The position numbers and the translations under genes are program-made. A model generated the notes under the pieces. It had not been told where the DNA came from and made no database searches. It worked only from the letters and a program-made list of their open reading frames with translations. 64,000 nt of DNA from a virus. Location of the stretch: positions 1-64,000 of the IMG/VR virus record IMGVR_UViG_3300040856_003274, one strand, 5' to 3'. Below, one piece after another: positions 29,298 through 39,684 of the stretch; within the stretch, counting starts at the first letter, position 1; each line of letters opens with the position of its first letter.

Positions 29298-32200
29298 ATG
29301 GCTAATGTCGGTAATGGGTACGCTTCACCTGGCGTTTACACCCAAACAAACTATGATACGTCGGTGGCAGGTACACCTAGCGTAACGAACCTTCCTGTTC
29401 TTATTGGCACAGGCAATGAGATCCTCACCCGTACAGGGCTAGAGGTTGTCCGTGGTAGCTCTTCGGTAGTGGATCAGCGTGTTCCTCTTGAGAATATCGC
29501 AGATCGAGCCGTAGTGATGACTACACCTGCTGGCGAGATCGTGCTTGGTGCTTTTGAAGGCACTCGTACAAAGTTTCAGGTAAGAAACTTCCCTATTGTT
29601 GACGGGACGGGTCGTGGCTTGACCGCTACAAAGTCCTCTGCCGTAAGTGTCTTCATTAATGATGAGCCTCAAGTGGTTCTCGGCTTGGACAGTGCAAACG
29701 GTATCGTTGAGCTCGCTGTAGCGCCTAAAGCTACAGATGAGGTTCGTTGTACTTACTACTTCAACCGTACTGATACGCTTCAGACTGATAACCTTAGCGA
29801 TCAGGTTACGTCAGGTAATGCTGAGATTAGGTCTTCTCTCGGAGGCTCTTATGACCTTAGCGGGCTCGCTGATGACGGCACTCTTATTCTTACAGTGGAT
29901 GGGGTTGAGCTTACTATTACGATCCCTGCCGACACATGGACTCCTAGTCAGATTGTTGCGTTCATTAACGCTGGCGCAGGGACGACTGACCTTGAGGCAA
30001 GCCTCTTCACCAATAACCTTGGGGACTCAAGCGTTCTTCTCAGCGCTCCTCAAGAGATTATCGTGGGTGCGGGTACGGCGAACACTGCTCTTGGTTTCAT
30101 TACGGGAAGCACTACTGTAAGAAACAGGGTCTTCTACACCTTTAACGGCCCTGTCGTTGATGGCTCTAATGGGGGTATCGTTACGACTGACCCTGCTAAG
30201 GTTACAGTTAAGGTTAACGGAGCGCAGGTTGTCGCAGAGGCTCTTGACGGGCTCAATCGTGCAATCACGCTTCCTCTCCCCCCCGCTTCAGGTTCTGTTG
30301 TTGAGGTTACTTACTTCTACAATACTTGGGAGAACACCTTCGACTACCTCGCTGACGTAGGAGTTACTAACGCGATCCGCGCAGGGCTCACTCCTGAGCG
30401 CGAAGACTACTTCGAGGGCGCTGATTTTGTGATCAGTGAAGATAAGATTTATTGGGGTACGTCTGCGTCTGTATCATCAGGCAACACTGAGCAAGGTACT
30501 CGGTCTTTCGATGAGACTCAGATCAGCCTACAGCTTGCTGATAACCGTCTTTTCTTAGCTCCTTGTACGGCAGGGTCTAACTCAAAGACTTTCAAGCTCC
30601 CTTACGTCCCCACGGTGGGTAATGGGCGCAACAGTCCTCTCGGTTCAGACCTTTATCTTAAGGTGTCTAACGGTAAGTCAGACGTGGTTACCAACCGTCC
30701 TGATCTTGTTATCGCATATGCAGGTTATAACCCACAAGACGCGCTCAACAGAGGTCGCCTAACGGTGACTCGCGTAGGTGGTGATTACAGCGCCGATGCA
30801 CCTGCTGCGGTGGAGTTTACTCTTAAGGAAGCTCCTGCCGTAGGTATGCGTGTTTACGCTACGTTCTACCATAACATTCTTACTGACAACACTTACACGA
30901 TATCGGTTGTCAGCGCAGGAGCTTCTAATGTCGGCTCTTATAATGTTATCGACAAGGACGGAGACGCGGTAATCTACCCAACCTTTACGGGTAAGGGTGA
31001 TCTTCTCGCTAACACGACAATCCAGTTTCCAAGTGGTTCTGAGCTGATCAGCGATGCTAAATATGTGATCCCGACCACGACAGCTAACTACAGAGGCGCG
31101 GTTGAAGAGATCATCACTGTGACTTTCGCTAGCCGTGATCCTGAGCCCGCTGTGTTTGTATTCGGCCCTAATAACTACTTCACTGTAACAGGGCAGAGTG
31201 ACCGCATCAGCATGACCGTAGACGGTTCTGATGCTCAGACCGCAGGTGAAGGTATTTCTTTGACTGATCCTTCAGGGCTCGGCACAGGCTTCCTTGCACA
31301 CCTTGTATCTGAGCCTGTCATCTATGAGGTTGGCTACAGCAGTCAGGCTCTTGATATTGTTGAGGGCATCAACGACGAGCTCCAGCTTAACATTGATGGT
31401 CAAAGCCTTGTTGTTACTGCTACCGCTCAGGATCAAGTCACTGCTCAAGTGTATGTTGACGCAATCAATGCTGAGGCGAGAGCACTTGCACCAAGAATGG
31501 CTTCACCTGCTCGCTTCAACCAAGGGATTGAGATCACTACAGGTTTGTATGATCAAATCACCTTTGGTTACACAGGTGACAAGACAGGGGCTACAGGTGC
31601 TATCGTCGCTACCATCGCAGAAGATGCTTATGTTACGGCAACTACTGTAGCAGAGGCTGTGCAAGAAGCCGTTACCAACGCAGTTACCGACTTCGTGGCG
31701 GATAACTCAAACTTTGAGGGTCTTAATATCGCCGTGACTGCTTCTACAGAGGGTCGCCTTGTATTTACCCTCTCTGAGATCCCTAATGTTGCGCCGTTCA
31801 ACGACAACTCAGGTTTCTTTGAGATGTTGGAGAGCACCTCTGCGACAATCGACGCGACCTCTACGCTTACTGTAGACACTCCTCCTGTAGTAGAGCCAGC
31901 CGCAATCCTGATTGATGAGATTAGACTCTCTGCGAGCACTGAGCGTGTCTCAGGTGAGGATAACTTTAAGGGAGACTTTAACGTGTCTGCTACAGCGGCA
32001 CTTAGAGTCCTTGAAGCACCTCTTACAGATGCCGCAGGTCTTAAGATTACGATTGACGGTGTTGAGCTTACAGGTGTAGACGGAGCACGTACTTCAGGCA
32101 GTGCTGACTTCAACCTTTCTTTGGAGACTCCTTTCGCAGTAGCGCGAGAGATCGCTGAGGCAATCAACGATCCTGCTAACGGCTTCAATGGTATCTGTAC

Positions 32201-34982
32201 GGCAACTGTGGGCTCACAGCCTGTCGTAAGTTTCACATCAACACAGGTAGGCGCTGAAGGTAACGGTATTGCTCTTACGAGCACCTTTACTGATCCCTCA
32301 GGCCCGTCTATCGTTGTCGGTAATGATGAGCTGTTCGAGGACAGCACAGGGTTTACTGACCTCGACGCTTTCTTTGCAGGTGGCTACACTACGTCGGCTG
32401 ATGACGTAGCAGAGAGCATCGTCTCTGCGATCAATGATGCTAATAATAGCTTTGGCGGTGTTGTCACGGCTTCTCTTGGTGAAGGTGCTGGTGAGGTTAT
32501 CCTCACTTCAGTGTTCTCAGGCACTGCGGGTAACGGCACAACTGTTTTCCTTGAGACAGGTGCGATTTCTTCAACAGGTGACCTCAGTGGTGGCGTATCA
32601 GGTTTTGCGCGAGACTTTAACATCCTCACAGGGTTTGACGTGGATGCTCAGGGCGGTGCTCAAACTAAGCTCTTACAAGCACCTATCGCACGTCTCGCTA
32701 GCACTTCTTCAACAGGTACGGCTCGCACTGACCGCGTTGTGTTAAGAAACCGTATTCTCCCAGGCTCTCGCTCACATGGGATCGCTAACCAAACGGGAGT
32801 CCGTGTTGTTGGTGGCAATGCTAATCTTACGCTTGGCTTGGCGACTAACAGCTTTAGAGGTGCGAACACCTCTGCAACTGTTAAGAACCCTAGCCTCTCC
32901 TCTAAGATTGGCTTTACGGAGCTCGTTGATGGTCAGCCTTCGCTCAAATTCTATAATGGAGCAGGGTCAAACTCGGCTAATAACCAACTTGTGTTTACTT
33001 CTTTCGCTTCTCCAGGTGTTACTGTTACAGTTAACTTCAACTCAAGCGCAGAAGGTACGGCAACACCACTTGGCCCTGTAGACGTTCAAGGCACGATCCT
33101 TAATCAGATTGCTGAGGCGATGGTAGATGCGGGTCTTGCAGATAATGTCGCTGAGGTTATCAGTGAGGGTCTTGTTGTACAGGCTGGCGATAGCTTCCTC
33201 GTCTTTAATGCGAGTGCTAGCTCTACGTCTCGCCTTGTTGTTGGTGGCGGTAGCTCAAACACTCTCTTTACTCTCACTGAGAACCAAGAGAGCGTCCGTA
33301 CCCCTACCTCAGCAGACGAGATTTCTTCTGCTCTCCTTAACCACACAGGTACAGGGCTCTCTTACCTCCTCGACCCCTCTGATGTCTCGACAGACTTCTT
33401 TGCTGGTCGGGCGCTCTCGTTTGTTGTCACGGATGATGAGGGTGTGAGACAGCTCGGTTTAGAGTCACTTACCGCAGGTCTTGGCGGCGGCATCCTGCTT
33501 AACAATGCTCCTAATGCTAACGCGCTTAATATTGGCACAGGACTTATCGCTGACGTTAATCAACAGGTAATAGGCGCTGATCCTATCGTTGGTTTCTTCG
33601 TGACCTCTAATGTGGCTAATGGTAGCGGTAGTGTTAATAACTCCGCGCTTAATAACGGTGTGGGTCAAGACGGCATCATCGGTCAAACTTATGTTGATGA
33701 GGTAACAGGCTTCTCATTCACCATTCTTCCTGCGGAGGGTGGGATTGATTATCCTGAGGGAGCGACTGCGACCCTTACCTTTACCTCAAGTAAGACTATT
33801 CTTGCCGATGCTAATGTCCCTGTTCATGTGATCCCAGGTCTTCAGATGGTCGTTACAGACACTCTTCAGACTGCACAGGGTAACACGGCAGAGATTACGA
33901 CTTTTGAGAAGGGTGGCGCTGAGCCTGCTCTTGGAGACAGTTTCTTTATCTCTTACGAGTATGCAAAGCGTGACTTCTCTACGCAGATTTACACTAAGCT
34001 CTCAGCGGTTGAGGCTTCTTTCGGTAGTGCTGATCCTAATCACCCGCTCAGCCTCGCGGCTCGCCTCATGTTCCTTAACGGAGCGAGCGCGATTGCGATT
34101 AAGCAAGTGCCTAAAGCTATAGGGTCTACAGATGGTTCGCTTGAGTCTTACCTTGAGGCGATTGACTCTCTTGAGGGTCAGATCGCACCGAACGTCTACC
34201 CTCGCACGATTGTGCCTCTGACTCCAGCGACGAGTAACTTGCTTAACTACCTCGCTCGCCACTGTGACGTGCAGTCGAGCTTGCGCTTTAAGGCGGAGCG
34301 TACAGCGGTACTTGGCTTTACTGCGGGTACTCAACCGAGTGAGGCGCGGGCTCTCGCTGAGGAAGTTTCTTCTTCACGCGTGCGTGTTGTTTATCCTGAT
34401 ATGGCTCGTATTAATCTTACAGATGCTTTGGGGAACACTCAGGAGTATCTCGTAGACGGACGTTATGTGGCTTCTGCGCTTGTCGGTAACTGCGTAGCTT
34501 CTACTAACGATGTTGCGACTCCTTGGACGGGTAAAGAGATCGTAGGGTTCTCAAGTCTCGCACGTACTCTCGATCTTGTTGAGCAGAATAGAGTGTCTTC
34601 AAGCGGTATCACTGTCCTTGAGGATCGCCCTCCTTTCTTGCGTGTCCGTCATGGGCTCACAACAGACATGAGTAACGTCCTCACGCGTACACCTACTGTG
34701 AACACGATTGCTGACCTCGTACAGGCGCAGGCGCGAGCTGTGCTTGAGCGTTACATTGGCAATAAGTTTATCGCGTCATCGACCTCTCAGATCGAGATCA
34801 GCCTCTCTCGTATGTTTGCTGAGCTTCAGCGTCAGCAGATCATCAATAACTTTACAGGCATCACCGTTGAGGCAGACCCTAACGATCCAACTGCGATTAA
34901 TGTCGAGGCTTATTACCAGCCCGTGTTCCCTCTCCTCTACATCGTGATTAACTTCAACGTGAGAGCGGGTAGCCTGAGCTAA
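29298..34982 (+). CDS. giant contractile tail sheath protein
   Basis: N-terminal YASPGVYT; C-terminal sheath core ER.AVLG...RVRVVYP...VRHGLTT...YQPVFPLLYIVINF. Confidence 0.85.
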   Translation: MANVGNGYASPGVYTQTNYDTSVAGTPSVTNLPVLIGTGNEILTRTGLEVVRGSSSVVDQRVPLENIADRAVVMTTPAGEIVLGAFEGTRTKFQVRNFPIVDGTGRGLTATKSSAVSVFINDEPQVVLGLDSANGIVELAVAPKATDEVRCTYYFNRTDTLQTDNLSDQVTSGNAEIRSSLGGSYDLSGLADDGTLILTVDGVELTITIPADTWTPSQIVAFINAGAGTTDLEASLFTNNLGDSSVLLSAPQEIIVGAGTANTALGFITGSTTVRNRVFYTFNGPVVDGSNGGIVTTDPAKVTVKVNGAQVVAEALDGLNRAITLPLPPASGSVVEVTYFYNTWENTFDYLADVGVTNAIRAGLTPEREDYFEGADFVISEDKIYWGTSASVSSGNTEQGTRSFDETQISLQLADNRLFLAPCTAGSNSKTFKLPYVPTVGNGRNSPLGSDLYLKVSNGKSDVVTNRPDLVIAYAGYNPQDALNRGRLTVTRVGGDYSADAPAAVEFTLKEAPAVGMRVYATFYHNILTDNTYTISVVSAGASNVGSYNVIDKDGDAVIYPTFTGKGDLLANTTIQFPSGSELISDAKYVIPTTTANYRGAVEEIITVTFASRDPEPAVFVFGPNNYFTVTGQSDRISMTVDGSDAQTAGEGISLTDPSGLGTGFLAHLVSEPVIYEVGYSSQALDIVEGINDELQLNIDGQSLVVTATAQDQVTAQVYVDAINAEARALAPRMASPARFNQGIEITTGLYDQITFGYTGDKTGATGAIVATIAEDAYVTATTVAEAVQEAVTNAVTDFVADNSNFEGLNIAVTASTEGRLVFTLSEIPNVAPFNDNSGFFEMLESTSATIDATSTLTVDTPPVVEPAAILIDEIRLSASTERVSGEDNFKGDFNVSATAALRVLEAPLTDAAGLKITIDGVELTGVDGARTSGSADFNLSLETPFAVAREIAEAINDPANGFNGICTATVGSQPVVSFTSTQVGAEGNGIALTSTFTDPSGPSIVVGNDELFEDSTGFTDLDAFFAGGYTTSADDVAESIVSAINDANNSFGGVVTASLGEGAGEVILTSVFSGTAGNGTTVFLETGAISSTGDLSGGVSGFARDFNILTGFDVDAQGGAQTKLLQAPIARLASTSSTGTARTDRVVLRNRILPGSRSHGIANQTGVRVVGGNANLTLGLATNSFRGANTSATVKNPSLSSKIGFTELVDGQPSLKFYNGAGSNSANNQLVFTSFASPGVTVTVNFNSSAEGTATPLGPVDVQGTILNQIAEAMVDAGLADNVAEVISEGLVVQAGDSFLVFNASASSTSRLVVGGGSSNTLFTLTENQESVRTPTSADEISSALLNHTGTGLSYLLDPSDVSTDFFAGRALSFVVTDDEGVRQLGLESLTAGLGGGILLNNAPNANALNIGTGLIADVNQQVIGADPIVGFFVTSNVANGSGSVNNSALNNGVGQDGIIGQTYVDEVTGFSFTILPAEGGIDYPEGATATLTFTSSKTILADANVPVHVIPGLQMVVTDTLQTAQGNTAEITTFEKGGAEPALGDSFFISYEYAKRDFSTQIYTKLSAVEASFGSADPNHPLSLAARLMFLNGASAIAIKQVPKAIGSTDGSLESYLEAIDSLEGQIAPNVYPRTIVPLTPATSNLLNYLARHCDVQSSLRFKAERTAVLGFTAGTQPSEARALAEEVSSSRVRVVYPDMARINLTDALGNTQEYLVDGRYVASALVGNCVASTNDVATPWTGKEIVGFSSLARTLDLVEQNRVSSSGITVLEDRPPFLRVRHGLTTDMSNVLTRTPTVNTIADLVQAQARAVLERYIGNKFIASSTSQIEISLSRMFAELQRQQIINNFTGITVEADPNDPTAINVEAYYQPVFPLLYIVINFNVRAGSLS

Positions 34983-35023
34983 GAAAGCTGAAAAGCATAG
35001 CGCCGATGGTTGAGGCGAGAAGA

Positions 35024-36406
35024 TTAAATAATGAAGCCCTTTGAGATTAGGGTAATCTCACCTAACATTACAGAGTGGATGTCTTCGACAAACTTCGATA
35101 TTAACCGCTCGTCTTCTCCCTCAACCATGATCCGAGCTTTCTGTTCCGTACCAGAGTAACGGATAAGGACTCTCCCTCTGTCGGCTAATCTTTTCTCGAT
35201 GGATGCGATTATAGCGTTCGTCTTTAGGAGGCTCTCAAGGGGAGGCTTGGAAGACACCTTGAAGCTCTTTAGCACCTGAGGGTAACGCACCATCTCAGAC
35301 CCTAAAGCGTTTAGGGTTTTCTTCTCAGTAACCATAATGTTGAGGATAGCGAGGGCGGTGGCAAGACCGTCCCCTGTGGTCGAGAAATCTTTAAGGATGG
35401 TGTGTCCTGATTGCTCGCCTCCAAGATTAAGCCCTTCCTCTATCATCTTTGCCATAACGTGACGATCCCCTACCTGTACCCTCTCTACAGTCACGTTGTG
35501 CTTCCTTAAGGTAGTGTCGAGTCCTAGATTACTCATTACAGTTGCGACAACACGGTTACCTTTTAGCTGTCCGTTAGCATTCATCGTCCTGCCCAAGATT
35601 GCGAGCACTTGATCCCCGTCTAATACGGATTGCGTTTCATCAACAAGAATGACTCGATCTGCATCTCCGTCTAGAGCAATGCCGATATCCGCACCTTCTC
35701 GGCCTACTCTCTCGATTAGCTTCTCGGTGTTTGTAGCTCCACAGGAGTCGTTAATGTTAGACCCGTCAGGCGTAACGCCGATTGCAATTACTTCTGCGCC
35801 GAGGTCTTTTAACAGATTAGGGGCTATGCGGTAAGCCGCGCCGTGGGCGCAGTCCACGACTACTTTAAGACCCTGTAAAGAAAAGCTCTCAGGAAGGCTT
35901 TGTTTTATCTTCTTAGCGTAGAGAGAGATAGCATTGTCTATATGAGAGGTTCTACCGATATTCCTACCTGTGAGGCGAAGCTCCTCGCTACCTAGCTTGA
36001 GAGTATGGATGATGCTTTCAATCTTTCTCTCAGCGCCTTCTGTAAGTTTAAGTCCGTTTTGATCGAAGACTTTCACACCGTTCTCCTCAAAAGGGTTATG
36101 GGAAGCAGTGACCATAAGCCCTGCGTCTGCATAAAGACTTTGAGTGATGGTAGCTACCGCAGGAGTAGGGACGATCCCTGCAAAGAGAACATCCACTCCA
36201 GCCGAACAGAGCCCAGCAACTAGAGCGTGTTCTATGAGACATCCTGATAACCGTGTATCTCTTCCTAAAACAACCTGTGGTCGCCTCTCTTCGATGTGTT
36301 GATAGAGACTAAGCCCTATAGCGCGTCCTAATAAAAGTGCTGCCTCAGGGCTCATTACGCCAACATTAGCGAGCCCTCTAATACCATCTGTACCAAACAA
36401 CCGCAT
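35024..36406 (-). CDS. glmM: phosphoglucosamine mutase
   Basis: FGTDGIRG, GRDTRLSG, TASHNP, DGDADR, GEQSGH, RYSGTE. Confidence 0.95.
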   Translation of the reverse strand: MRLFGTDGIRGLANVGVMSPEAALLLGRAIGLSLYQHIEERRPQVVLGRDTRLSGCLIEHALVAGLCSAGVDVLFAGIVPTPAVATITQSLYADAGLMVTASHNPFEENGVKVFDQNGLKLTEGAERKIESIIHTLKLGSEELRLTGRNIGRTSHIDNAISLYAKKIKQSLPESFSLQGLKVVVDCAHGAAYRIAPNLLKDLGAEVIAIGVTPDGSNINDSCGATNTEKLIERVGREGADIGIALDGDADRVILVDETQSVLDGDQVLAILGRTMNANGQLKGNRVVATVMSNLGLDTTLRKHNVTVERVQVGDRHVMAKMIEEGLNLGGEQSGHTILKDFSTTGDGLATALAILNIMVTEKKTLNALGSEMVRYPQVLKSFKVSSKPPLESLLKTNAIIASIEKRLADRGRVLIRYSGTEQKARIMVEGEDERLISKFVEDIHSVMLGEITLISKGFII

Positions 36407-36410
36407 TGAA

Positions 36411-37478
36411 TCACCTTCTCTTAGAAGCTATTTTCTTAACACCTTTGATTAAGTTATTTTCTAGAAGAGTCGGGCTTATATACCTTTTCCAAAAGTATGG
36501 TGTGAACACTGTCTCGAAGTTAAAAGAGCGGTCATGGTGGCTAATTTGTATTTCCTTAAGGGGACGTTGAAGACCCCAAGGTAAAAAAAGAATTACGTAT
36601 TTGGTTGTATGCTGGGCGAGAGGATCTTCTAAAAGGATTTTTATCTTAAGAGTTTGTTTTAAAACGGGGGATACAATCTCATAAGTACGAGATCGGGTTG
36701 TACTTCTAGAGAGCGTAGCTTTCCACATGTTGGGTTTAGGGGGGTCGCCCCACATCACTTCAATAGGGCTCTCGTCAGAGGCGATTTTTGTGCTACCGCT
36801 CCTTGGCTTTATCCTTATTACGCTACTTATTTCTTTCCAACCCTCACGGCTTTTAACCTTTTCAAACCATGCTTCTGCGGCATGAGTTAAGGTGGCTCCT
36901 GCATTGAACTCAAGCAACTCTGAATAGTAGTAGACCTGTAACTCCCACAGGTAGCTCTCTCTATCCATTGTGTGTATCTGAACCTTTAAGTATTTAGTAC
37001 CGCCTACATTTTTTCGGAAGTCTTTCGCGGTTATCCTTATCGGGCGCTCTATTAGTGGGCTATCTACGGTAAGGCTGAGTTCGTATTCGTCGTAAGAGGC
37101 TTTCCATATATTAGGTTTGGGTGGGTTTCCCCATTGGAGCTCAATCTTAGAAGAAGCGACTTTGTTAGGTGTCTTAAGCTCGTTGTGCTTCACTAGCATT
37201 CTTTTAACGGTGCTCCAAAACGCATGGGAGAGCACCGCTTCTCCATCATCAAGGTCTTCTGTAGGCGCATAGAGACTTTCTTTCCAACTGCCCTGAGCGC
37301 CATAAACAGCAACGAGAGAGATACCCTCTGAGGTACTTTTTTCAAGGGTAATAAAAATAGTCTCATGCCGAAGCGCGGGAGATTGGATGGTATAGGCTTT
37401 CCATCCAGTTTTTAGCTCTCTTACGGTAGCTTTCCACATGTTGGGTTTAGGGGGGTCGCCCCACATCACTCTTAACAT
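36411..37478 (-). CDS. WGxPPKPNxWK-module repeat protein A (3 modules)
   Basis: three motif copies separated by KVAS/KIAS; ends KIASKRR; AGGAG RBS. Confidence 0.85.
   Translation of the reverse strand: MLRVMWGDPPKPNMWKATVRELKTGWKAYTIQSPALRHETIFITLEKSTSEGISLVAVYGAQGSWKESLYAPTEDLDDGEAVLSHAFWSTVKRMLVKHNELKTPNKVASSKIELQWGNPPKPNIWKASYDEYELSLTVDSPLIERPIRITAKDFRKNVGGTKYLKVQIHTMDRESYLWELQVYYYSELLEFNAGATLTHAAEAWFEKVKSREGWKEISSVIRIKPRSGSTKIASDESPIEVMWGDPPKPNMWKATLSRSTTRSRTYEIVSPVLKQTLKIKILLEDPLAQHTTKYVILFLPWGLQRPLKEIQISHHDRSFNFETVFTPYFWKRYISPTLLENNLIKGVKKIASKRR
36715..36759. repeat. 45-bp exact direct repeat (second copy at 37426-37470) encoding VMWGDPPKPNMWKAT
   Basis: GTAGCTTTCCACATGTTGGGTTTAGGGGGGTCGCCCCACATCACT present twice. 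Confidence 0.85.
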
Positions 37479-37535
37479 TAGTATTCTCCTTATGCTTAAG
37501 TAAAGTTAACACTTCTGAGTTATATGGAGATTATC

Positions 37536-38507
37536 ATGTCCCAACTAGCGTTACTAAAAGCCCTCCCAAACATCATCCTGGGGCTTTGGATGTCTTTCTT
37601 AAGTTATAAAGCCTACGTGTATTACGGCGACTTAACAGCCCAAAAAACTATCTTGAGGCAGACTCAAGGGCTCTTGAATGAGAAAGAGCGAGAGATGCAA
37701 AAGGAGCACCGAGAGATAGGAGTGTTAAAGTCTAAACTGGTCAAAGACCTCAAAAGCCTAGAAGAAGATGCTTCCCGTCTTAGGCAAATGTATGGAGAAA
37801 GCTCTGAGAAGCTAGACAAGTTTATTGCGAAGCACAACCTGAGGCTCAAATCCTATCAGCGAGCTAACTTCTCCCTGAGGCAGAGGATTGAGTCTGCTAA
37901 GTCTAAACCAAAGGTGACTGTGGTTACCAAAGCGGGGTCGTGTGAAGAAAACACCGAGGTGTATTATCGTTATGAGGAAGAGAATGGGCGCGTAATCTTA
38001 GAGACTCCCAACTGCCTTAAGAATGGTGAAGAGGTCTTGACTCTTAACCAGTCCTTTGTGGTGTATGGAGAGGTTTTCCAACAAGATGGCGGGGCGCTTG
38101 AGGTATCCAGGTTAGTCTTAAAAGAGGTAGACCCTGACAACCCTAAGATCATTCTCGCAAAACCAAAGTTAGTAACAGGTGATTTTAAGTACCATCCTTT
38201 TACGCCTAAACCTAAGCCTGCTAAGCCCTTCAACATAGTGGCTGGAGTCGGGTTTGATAAAGACGGGTTCGCTAACGTCTCTTTAGGTATCTCTCCGCTC
38301 AGGTATCGCCAAGGGTTCTTATCTCTGTCCTATCAAATGTTTGAGCAAGCTAAGGGGATTGATAGGCACGCGATCTCAGCGCGAGTCGGCTGGCGACCTA
38401 AACTCTTTGAGGGAGATTTAAACTTCGGAGTCTCTTTGGGCGTTGGCACACCTGTAACAAGGCTAATCCCTCAATATACTCTGTCTTTTGATTTCTTTGT
38501 TTGGTGA
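37536..38507 (+). CDS. membrane-anchored coiled-coil protein with beta-strand C-terminus (spanin-like candidate)
   Basis: N-terminal TM, long coiled coil, amphipathic strands ending YTLSFDFFVW. Confidence 0.55.
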   Translation: MSQLALLKALPNIILGLWMSFLSYKAYVYYGDLTAQKTILRQTQGLLNEKEREMQKEHREIGVLKSKLVKDLKSLEEDASRLRQMYGESSEKLDKFIAKHNLRLKSYQRANFSLRQRIESAKSKPKVTVVTKAGSCEENTEVYYRYEEENGRVILETPNCLKNGEEVLTLNQSFVVYGEVFQQDGGALEVSRLVLKEVDPDNPKIILAKPKLVTGDFKYHPFTPKPKPAKPFNIVAGVGFDKDGFANVSLGISPLRYRQGFLSLSYQMFEQAKGIDRHAISARVGWRPKLFEGDLNFGVSLGVGTPVTRLIPQYTLSFDFFVW

Positions 38508-38520
38508 GAGGCAAGTTGTT

Positions 38521-39612
38521 ATGGGTGATCTAAAAGCGCAGTGGGGTAATCCTCCTAAACCTAATATGTGGAAAGTGAGAGAGTACAACCACTCTTCAGA
38601 CAAAGACTACGTGGCTGTTGTCTCTCCTATCTTAAAGAACAACGGTGAGTTTTACGTAATGCGTAACGAAAAGCGAGAGTGGGAAATACGTTACCATGAC
38701 CGCTTCCACATATATATCTCCATTAAGCGTCTGAAAGAAACTCACAGCTTTTTAGAAGTGCGACATTACTTCTTAAGCTCTGTATGCTGGTCAAAAGATA
38801 TCGGGCCGTTCTTAAGAGACAACCGAAACTTCTTCGCAGACGGCTTTTCGACAAAAGTCGCGTCTTCTGTCCTTAAGGCAAAGAAGATTAAGCATCGAGC
38901 TATGTGGGGTGACCCTCCTAAGCCTAACATGTGGAAGGTCGATTTTAGGTGGTATGCTGGAGGTGGCGAGGAGTTTTCTTATTGCTCGGTAGAGTCCCCT
39001 GTCTTAAAAGAGGGGTCTTTTTTCCAGTTGATGTTCGACACCTCAAGTAAAAAATGGACTATTCAATACAGCGGGTCTACTACTTTCCACGTCCACACCT
39101 TTCATAATACAAATAAATTTTTAGAGGCGCGGGATATCTTTTTAAGTCGAAAGGGCTGGAAGATTATCAAGACCTTTGCGCTTATCGCGGGGACAGATTT
39201 CTTCCGCACTAAGGTAGCGTCGTCTTCTTCTAAACTCGAAGCGCATTGGGGTACTCCAGCCAAACCTAATATGTGGAAAGTTGAGGAGTACGAGGAGTTT
39301 GTAGAGGTCACTTCTCCTGTGTTAGGAGACGGTTCTCTTTTGTTAACCTCTCCTGCATATAATGGCACAATCAAATATCACATAGAGTATCACAATAAAA
39401 AACGACATCTTCGGAAACTAGTGATGGAGGTAGACAACTATCCGTATGAGAATGCTTTAAAATGGTTCTTAGGGAGTATGTTTTGGGATAGGAAGTTAAA
39501 AGAGTGGGCGAGTAAGCAACCTTTCCCAGTATTCACAAAAAATAAGATAGCTTCCTCTAACTTGCGGGTGATGTGGGGCAACCCCGTCAAATCTAATCTA
39601 TGGAAGGTCTGA
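38521..39612 (+). CDS. WGxPPKPNxWK-module repeat protein B (3 modules plus terminal stub)
   Basis: motifs at 38542, 38905, 39247, 39574; KVAS/KIAS linkers; GAGAGG RBS. Confidence 0.85.
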   Translation: MGDLKAQWGNPPKPNMWKVREYNHSSDKDYVAVVSPILKNNGEFYVMRNEKREWEIRYHDRFHIYISIKRLKETHSFLEVRHYFLSSVCWSKDIGPFLRDNRNFFADGFSTKVASSVLKAKKIKHRAMWGDPPKPNMWKVDFRWYAGGGEEFSYCSVESPVLKEGSFFQLMFDTSSKKWTIQYSGSTTFHVHTFHNTNKFLEARDIFLSRKGWKIIKTFALIAGTDFFRTKVASSSSKLEAHWGTPAKPNMWKVEEYEEFVEVTSPVLGDGSLLLTSPAYNGTIKYHIEYHNKKRHLRKLVMEVDNYPYENALKWFLGSMFWDRKLKEWASKQPFPVFTKNKIASSNLRVMWGNPVKSNLWKV

Positions 39613-39684
39613 GGACGAGCTTAGGATTTCTTTATTCCACTTATACCCGCCTTTAGGTAGGATCTACCTAACAAGGAGAAAAAA

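Noticed and set aside
39574-39625. Stop-codon readthrough or recoding extending module gene B
   Set aside because: A second in-frame stop (TAG) follows three codons after the TGA, and conserved enzymes are intact in the standard code.
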